A DNA stretch of 20,000 bases from the IMG/VR virus record IMGVR_UViG_3300008255_000130. One strand, written 5' to 3'. The notes beneath the pieces are model-generated. The model had not been told where the DNA came from. It searched no databases and saw nothing but the letters and a program-made list of their open reading frames with translations. Position numbers and translations under genes: made by a program. The DNA comes from an uncultured virus (IMG/VR IMGVR_UViG_3300008255_000130) (taxonomy: Duplodnaviria; Heunggongvirae; Uroviricota; Caudoviricetes). Positions within the stretch are counted from its first letter, which is position 1. Every line of letters starts with the position of its first letter. Of this stretch, positions 15,248 to 20,000 are shown piece by piece.

Positions 15248-17841
15248 TTACAGCTTATATATCTTATAGTCATATTAAATTTACTTTTGAAGGTAATCAA
15301 GAAAAAGTATTGTTTGAAGAATTTATTAATGAAAAATTCTCTGCAAAAGATACTTCGCTTGAATATGATTGGAGATATAAAAAAGGTATCTTATCTTCTT
15401 CTAAAAGTTTCTATATAGATTCTAATCAATTACTGCCTATTGGATTTCTTGCATATCTAAAAGTTTATTTAAAAGAAACAAGTTTTGAAGTAAACTTTGT
15501 AGAATATAGAACATTTCCAAAAACTGATCTTAAACCTTTAAAAGATGGAGTTCTTAGAGATTATCAAATAGAGTCTATAGAAACAGCAGTAAAATATAAA
15601 ACAAATATTCTTAAACTACCAGTAGGTTCTGGAAAGACTCTAGTATCTTGTTATCTTGGGAAAGTTTACTCTAAAGCTACTGTACTTTATATATTTCCCA
15701 GTATTGATTTAGTACATCAAACATATGAAGAGTTCATAAATAAGGGGAAAGTAAATTCAAAAGATATTTCTATTTTTCAAGGAAACAATATCATTGATGA
15801 TGGAAGATTAATTCTTTTGTCTGCTGATAGTTATTTAAAAGCCGCACATAGGTTTCCAGAAGTAAGTGTAATAATAACGGACGAGTGCTTTACTTATAAA
15901 ACTTTAGTGCAAACCAACAATGGAATGAAAAGAATCGGTGATATAGTAATCAATAAATTAAACGATTTAGTCTTATCTTTTAATAAAAAAGAAAATAAAT
16001 TTGAATATAAAAAAGTAATTAATTGGCTTAAAAAGAAAACAAACGAACAATTGATTATCGTAAGTTCGGGATATAATATTAAATTTCAGTGTACTGCAAA
16101 TCACAAAATTTACATCTACGAGAATTTTCAGATTATTCAAAAACAAGCCGGTGAGTTAAAATTAAATGATAGAATGATAGTGACAAAAAAACAAGTTGCA
16201 CATACTTATAGAAAAATGAATAATTCTGCATTATCAAAAGATCAATATCAAATGATACTTGGGAAAGTTTTAGGAGATGCGTGTTTAAGTAAATCAAAGA
16301 AAAACGTAAGATTTAGAATGTCTCAAGGAGAAGATCAATTAGACTATTTAAAATATTGCATAGAGTGTTTAGAAAATCTTGACTATGCTAAAATAAATGA
16401 AGGAAAATCAGGATATAATCTAAATAGAAAAATCCACTATGTTCAGTTTCATAGTTCAATGGAATTTTTAGAATTATATAATAAAATGTATATTAATGGT
16501 ATAAAAACTATAAAACATATTATTGAAGAAATAGATGAAATAGCTTTGGCTTTTTGGTTTTTAGATAATGGATCTACTTCAAAAAAAGAAAACTCAATGA
16601 GTTTATCAACCCATTGCTTTTCAAAAGAAGATAATGAATTGTTGATTAAATATTTTAAAGATAAATTTAATATAGAAGCAAGATTAACACAAGATCATAG
16701 AATAGATAAATTTTATTTAGTATTTAATAAACAATCATCTGAAATACTTTCCGATATTATTGCCAAATACACTCCTAAATGTATGGAATATAAACTATTT
16801 GAAAAAGATAGAGGAAAATTTGATTTTAAAATAGAAAAGAATTGTTTCTCTCTTAGAGAAATTACAGATATAAAAATTTCTGATAATACCAAAGAAAAAT
16901 ATGTTTATGACATTACAGTAGAAGATAATCACAATTTTTTAATAGGTAGAGCAGATCACAAAGTATTGGTATCAAATTGCCATTACCCCAATGACACAGT
17001 TCAAAAGATTATATTCTCTTGTCAAAAAGCTGCAATTAAAATCGGTCTCACTGCTACACCAAACAATCCAAACCCATACACAAAAATGATGATGCACTCT
17101 TTACTTGGTCCTGTTTCTTACAATAAAGAAATCAAAGAAATGATAGATACAAAAAATCTTGTTGATATTAATATTAATATTATCAAGACACCAAGTAAGT
17201 CAATGGAAGTTGTAGGTAGTTGGCAAGATATTTATGATACGGTTAGAATAGATACAGAAGAAGAAAAAGAAGATTATAAAAATGATGGATATGAAATTAC
17301 AAAAGATTTGGATGGGAATACTATAGCTCGAAGATTTTTAGAATATGGTGATGAAAGTCTAGCAATAGTTTACAATGATGAAAGAAATGATTTAATAAAA
17401 AGAATTGCATTAGATAGAAGTAGAGTTGTAATTCTTACAAGTAGAATTGCTCATGGTGAAATACTTAGAGATTTAATCGGACCAAGAACAAGACTTATAA
17501 ATGGTCAAGATGATTTACAAACTAGAAAAAAAGGTATTGCATATCTCCAAGAGAATGAAGAAGCTATATTGATAGGGTCTAATATTTTAAACACAGGAGT
17601 GAACATTCAGAACATTAAAACATTAATCAATGCGGCTGGTGGTACTAGCCCAATATTAACAATTCAAAAGCTTGGAAGAAGTTCAAGAAAATCAGACACC
17701 ATAGAAAAATTACTTGCAACTGTTTATGACTTTGATGATTCATTTCATCCAATGACTAGAAAGCAATCTAAAAGTAGAATACAGGCTTATGAAAAAGAAA
17801 ATTTACCTATATTTTTTTTAGATAAAGTAAATATAAAATAA
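15244..17841 (+). CDS. uvsW: UvsW-like SF2 DNA helicase, intein-containing (501 aa after splicing)
   Basis: Q motif LRDYQ, Walker A PVGSGKT, DE|CH split by the intein, motif III GLTAT, motif V TGVNI and motif VI IQKLGRSSR. Confidence 0.9.
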   Translation: MITAYISYSHIKFTFEGNQEKVLFEEFINEKFSAKDTSLEYDWRYKKGILSSSKSFYIDSNQLLPIGFLAYLKVYLKETSFEVNFVEYRTFPKTDLKPLKDGVLRDYQIESIETAVKYKTNILKLPVGSGKTLVSCYLGKVYSKATVLYIFPSIDLVHQTYEEFINKGKVNSKDISIFQGNNIIDDGRLILLSADSYLKAAHRFPEVSVIITDECFTYKTLVQTNNGMKRIGDIVINKLNDLVLSFNKKENKFEYKKVINWLKKKTNEQLIIVSSGYNIKFQCTANHKIYIYENFQIIQKQAGELKLNDRMIVTKKQVAHTYRKMNNSALSKDQYQMILGKVLGDACLSKSKKNVRFRMSQGEDQLDYLKYCIECLENLDYAKINEGKSGYNLNRKIHYVQFHSSMEFLELYNKMYINGIKTIKHIIEEIDEIALAFWFLDNGSTSKKENSMSLSTHCFSKEDNELLIKYFKDKFNIEARLTQDHRIDKFYLVFNKQSSEILSDIIAKYTPKCMEYKLFEKDRGKFDFKIEKNCFSLREITDIKISDNTKEKYVYDITVEDNHNFLIGRADHKVLVSNCHYPNDTVQKIIFSCQKAAIKIGLTATPNNPNPYTKMMMHSLLGPVSYNKEIKEMIDTKNLVDININIIKTPSKSMEVVGSWQDIYDTVRIDTEEEKEDYKNDGYEITKDLDGNTIARRFLEYGDESLAIVYNDERNDLIKRIALDRSRVVILTSRIAHGEILRDLIGPRTRLINGQDDLQTRKKGIAYLQENEEAILIGSNILNTGVNIQNIKTLINAAGGTSPILTIQKLGRSSRKSDTIEKLLATVYDFDDSFHPMTRKQSKSRIQAYEKENLPIFFLDKVNIK
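15886..16977 (+). mobile_element. Intein (364 aa) with LAGLIDADG homing endonuclease domain
   Basis: Block A CFTYKTLV, block B CTANHKIY, block C ILGKVLGDA, block E LAFWFLDNG, block F VYDITVEDNHNF and block G VLVSN|C. Removal restores IITDECH. Confidence 0.95.
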
Positions 17842-17842
17842 C

Positions 17843-17874
17843 GACCATTGAGAAACTCTAATTTCTCAATGGTC
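17843..17874. terminator. Perfect 13-bp hairpin after the helicase stop codon
   Basis: GACCATTGAGAAA-CTCTAA-TTTCTCAATGGTC. No U-tract follows on the + strand; a T-rich tail follows on the - strand. Confidence 0.55.
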
Positions 17875-17959
17875 TAAATAACATACTAGAGGTAACCTAA
17901 TATGAAATCTACTTTTATATTATCCGATAATCAACTATAATTAAAACTAATATAATATG

Positions 17960-17990
17960 AAAACCCGTAGAAATTCTACAGTTTTTTTTT
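17960..17990 (+). terminator. Probable Rho-independent terminator
   Basis: Imperfect stem AAAACCCGTAGA-AAT-TCTACAGTTTT running into 9 T. Confidence 0.6.
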
Positions 17991-17994
17991 GCTA

Positions 17995-18023
17995 TTGACA
18001 AAAAAGTACTTTTCATTTATACT
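17995..18023 (+). promoter_or_regulatory. Sigma70-type promoter TTGACA-N17-TATACT
   Basis: Direct match with a 17-nt spacer, upstream of ORF 18078. Confidence 0.85.
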
Positions 18024-18077
18024 AAAAGAGTAGAAAGAAAATAAATAAAAAGATTAATAACAATAACAGAAGTATAC

Positions 18078-18290
18078 ATGGAAGAAAGTCCACTTACTGT
18101 AAATTTAGATTACGACAAACTTCCACAAGATATTAAAGCATTAGTAAATCCTTGTATTATAATTAATGTTTATGAAGAAGGATTGCAAAGTAAAGTAATA
18201 GGTTCAAAACTTAATTTAGAATGTATTGAAAAAAATGAAGTAGCTCAGTATTTAGGTAAAGTTGTTTTTGTAGATGAAAACGCTGAGTAA
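18078..18290 (+). CDS. Hypothetical protein (70 aa)
   Basis: ORF downstream of a consensus promoter. Confidence 0.6.
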   Translation: MEESPLTVNLDYDKLPQDIKALVNPCIIINVYEEGLQSKVIGSKLNLECIEKNEVAQYLGKVVFVDENAE

Positions 18291-18297
18291 TTTACTC

Positions 18298-18326
18298 TTG
18301 ACAGTTTCTACTTTTGGGTGTATAAT
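18298..18326 (+). promoter_or_regulatory. Sigma70-type promoter TTGACA-N17-TATAAT
   Basis: Perfect consensus, preceded by TACTC. Confidence 0.9.
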
Positions 18327-18372
18327 TAGTGCAGAAAACGAATTATGACTTTTAAGAGAGAAAAATCTACTC

Positions 18373-18401
18373 TTGACAAGAATTCATTTTCGTGGTATAA
18401 T
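18373..18401 (+). promoter_or_regulatory. Sigma70-type promoter TTGACA-N17-TATAAT with extended -10 (TGn)
   Basis: Perfect consensus, preceded by TACTC. A GGGGGA RBS follows. Confidence 0.92.
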
Positions 18402-18424
18402 TAGAGTACATCAGGGGGAAATTG

Positions 18425-19033
18425 ATGAGTTTACAAAAATGGTTATTAGATAGAAGAGTTAATAAAGAACAAGGTGATATTCAAACATTAGAATCTTATA
18501 AAGGTTACAATGTTGGAGATTCAATCTACTTTTCTGATGCAGATAAAAAAATGAAAACAGGAGTTTTCATTAAAGTAGAACAGAAAGATGATTCTGCTCC
18601 TACTGTAATTTTTACTAATTCAAAAGGTAAAGAAGATTCTACTCTTGGTTATTTCTTAATCAGCAAAGATGATTATGAGAAACAACTTAAAAAAGAGAAA
18701 GAAAAAGAGAAACAAAAAGAAGCAAATAAAATAGTAGCTGCAAAAAAGAGAAAAGCAACTATGCTTGCGAAGAAAGCTCAAAAAGCTGAAGATTCTCAAA
18801 TTGCTATCTTATCTGGTGATGTTAAAATTCCAGATAGAATTACTATGGTTTTCTTGAATAAACTTTCAAGACCTTTTAGTATTGAAAAAACTGATTCTAA
18901 AAGTTACTATGTTGCTTGGAATACAGATACAAAAGAAGAGACTTCATTTTACTTCACAAAGACTTTAAAGTTAATGGCAGAAGAAATTGTTGGTCTTGGA
19001 ATGGAAAGTTTTTTAGAGACTTATACATATTAG
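18425..19033 (+). CDS. Hypothetical early-type protein: SH3/KOW-like N-terminal part and Lys/Glu-rich coiled coil
   Basis: RBS GGGGGA, ATG at 18425, YNVGDSIYF beta-barrel-like motif and a charged central helix. Confidence 0.7.
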   Translation: MSLQKWLLDRRVNKEQGDIQTLESYKGYNVGDSIYFSDADKKMKTGVFIKVEQKDDSAPTVIFTNSKGKEDSTLGYFLISKDDYEKQLKKEKEKEKQKEANKIVAAKKRKATMLAKKAQKAEDSQIAILSGDVKIPDRITMVFLNKLSRPFSIEKTDSKSYYVAWNTDTKEETSFYFTKTLKLMAEEIVGLGMESFLETYTY

Positions 19034-19036
19034 AAT

Positions 19037-19063
19037 AAAGCGGAGTTAAACTCCGCTTTTTTT
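19037..19063 (+). terminator. Rho-independent terminator
   Basis: AAAGCGGAGT-TAA-ACTCCGCTTT with a 7-T tract. Confidence 0.9.
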
Positions 19064-19106
19064 ATTTACTGTCAATCAATTATACTCTTGACAGTAAATA
19101 AAAAAA
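19057..19106. repeat. Perfect 19-bp inverted repeat with 12-nt spacer
   Basis: TTTTTTTATTTACTGTCAA (19057-19075) and TTGACAGTAAATAAAAAAA (19088-19106). Confidence 0.9.
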
Positions 19107-19116
19107 ATGTTATAAT
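19088..19116 (+). promoter_or_regulatory. Sigma70-type promoter TTGACA-N17-TATAAT with extended -10
   Basis: Perfect consensus, preceded by TACTC. A GAGGA RBS and ATG 19138 follow. Confidence 0.92.
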
Positions 19117-19137
19117 TAATACATAGAGGAAACAAAA

Positions 19138-20000
19138 ATGATTAGAGAAACGCAAGCAATATATAATATAGATTTTTGGTATGATAGTGTTTCTATGGAA
19201 GATTATTGCACAACAATATTAAAATCATTTAACTCAAATAAAAGAGTAAAAGTGAATTTAAACAAAGGTGTTGATAATGCAAATGTGGTTCCAAGTGCAA
19301 ACACCCAAGATTACTATATAATCAATATTCCAGCTATGCCGAATAGCATCATAACAGAAGATAGAATATTAATAAAAGAATCTATAAAAAGATTTATCTT
19401 TCTTAGACATGAGTTAGCTCACGTTTTGTTTTCTTATGATAATGATAAATTTTTAAATTATTCAAGATTAAAAACCAAAAAAGAAAAACGTTTACAAAAT
19501 TCTTTGGAAGATTGCAGAATTGAACCATTATTCTTTTCAGTATTGAAAGGAACTAAAGAGTATTTTGAAAAAGTAAGAAAAATTTTCTATACTAGAGAAA
19601 AAGTTAGAATAGAAAAAGAAATGACAAGTGAGTCATTCGGCTTATTCTTTATATATAAAAGTTATGGTTTTGAATTCAACAACACAAAAACTATACAAAA
19701 GTTTGAAAAACTCTATGCAAAATATTTGCCAGAATTTTTAACTTGTGATTACAATGGTATTATTGACTTAGCTATAAAAATATTAGCTAATGAAAAATTT
19801 GAAAATCTTAAACAAGAAGAATCAATAAAACCACCAAAAAGTGAAGAAGATAATTCAGAAGATAATTCAGAAGATAATTCAGAAGATAATTCAGAAGATA
19901 ATTCAGAAGATAATTCAGAAGATAATTCAGAAGATAATTCAGATGATAATTCAGATGATAATTCAGATGATAATTCAGATAATTCAGATGATTCAGATAA
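19138..20000 (+). CDS. Partial HExxH metallopeptidase-like / CobT-like protein, running off the window
   Basis: Manual translation MIRETQAIY... contains RHELAHVLFS and NSLEDCRIE, then an acidic linker. This layout is typical of CobT-like/VWA partners of MoxR-type AAA ATPases in phages. Confidence 0.78.
   Translation, partial: MIRETQAIYNIDFWYDSVSMEDYCTTILKSFNSNKRVKVNLNKGVDNANVVPSANTQDYYIINIPAMPNSIITEDRILIKESIKRFIFLRHELAHVLFSYDNDKFLNYSRLKTKKEKRLQNSLEDCRIEPLFFSVLKGTKEYFEKVRKIFYTREKVRIEKEMTSESFGLFFIYKSYGFEFNNTKTIQKFEKLYAKYLPEFLTCDYNGIIDLAIKILANEKFENLKQEESIKPPKSEEDNSEDNSEDNSEDNSEDNSEDNSEDNSEDNSDDNSDDNSDDNSDNSDDSD
19846..20000 (+). repeat. 12-nt in-frame tandem repeat (GAAGATAATTCA)x8 plus (GATGATAATTCA)x3, then degenerate 9-nt units
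   Basis: Directly visible. Encodes (EDNS)8(DDNS)3... Confidence 0.97.

Noticed and set aside
2057..15300. Short antisense or alternative-frame ORFs in the track (e.g. 2057-2242, 2340-2642, 5863-6147, 8776-9024, 10184-10489, 11991-12263, 13805-14107, 14971-15300)
   Set aside because: They lie mostly or entirely opposite well-supported genes, have no motifs, and show the composition expected from the reverse complement of K/E-rich codons.
18345..18404. 19-codon ORF MTFKREKSTLDKNSFSWYN between the tandem promoters
   Set aside because: It has no SD and coincides with the second promoter's sequence, so it is most likely incidental.
19846..20000. Tandem repeat as a possible CRISPR array
   Set aside because: The 12-nt units are contiguous with no spacers and lie in frame within a CDS.
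1..20000. Stop-codon reassignment (alternative genetic code)
   Set aside because: Genes are full-length and densely packed under the standard code, and TAA, TAG and TGA all terminate genes at sensible positions.

Overview
A very AT-rich segment of a large tailed dsDNA phage genome carrying T4-like replication genes; the standard genetic code is used. Left arm (1-8584, + strand, tightly packed or overlapping genes): an unannotated 38-aa signal-peptide-like ORF, a multi-TM PP2C/SpoIIE-like phosphatase, a membrane-anchored STAS/SiaC-like protein and a small SiaB/RsbW-like kinase. These run directly into a holin-like gene and a C39-like peptidase (putative endolysin), followed by modular tail-fibre-like genes and a permuted papain-like amidase. 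A single minus-strand gene encodes a two-Ig-domain protein. Middle (9963-17841): Cas4/AddB-like PD-(D/E)XK nuclease, gp32-like SSB, UvsX/RecA and a UvsW-like helicase whose DECH motif is split by a 364-aa LAGLIDADG intein. Right end: terminators, four near-consensus sigma70 promoters, small early-type genes and a truncated HExxH/CobT-like protein with an EDNS tandem repeat. The most notable observation is the apparent phage-encoded partner-switching signalling module (peptide, sensor phosphatase, STAS-like protein, kinase) coupled to the putative lysis cassette. All family calls come from reading motifs by eye; no database searches were run.
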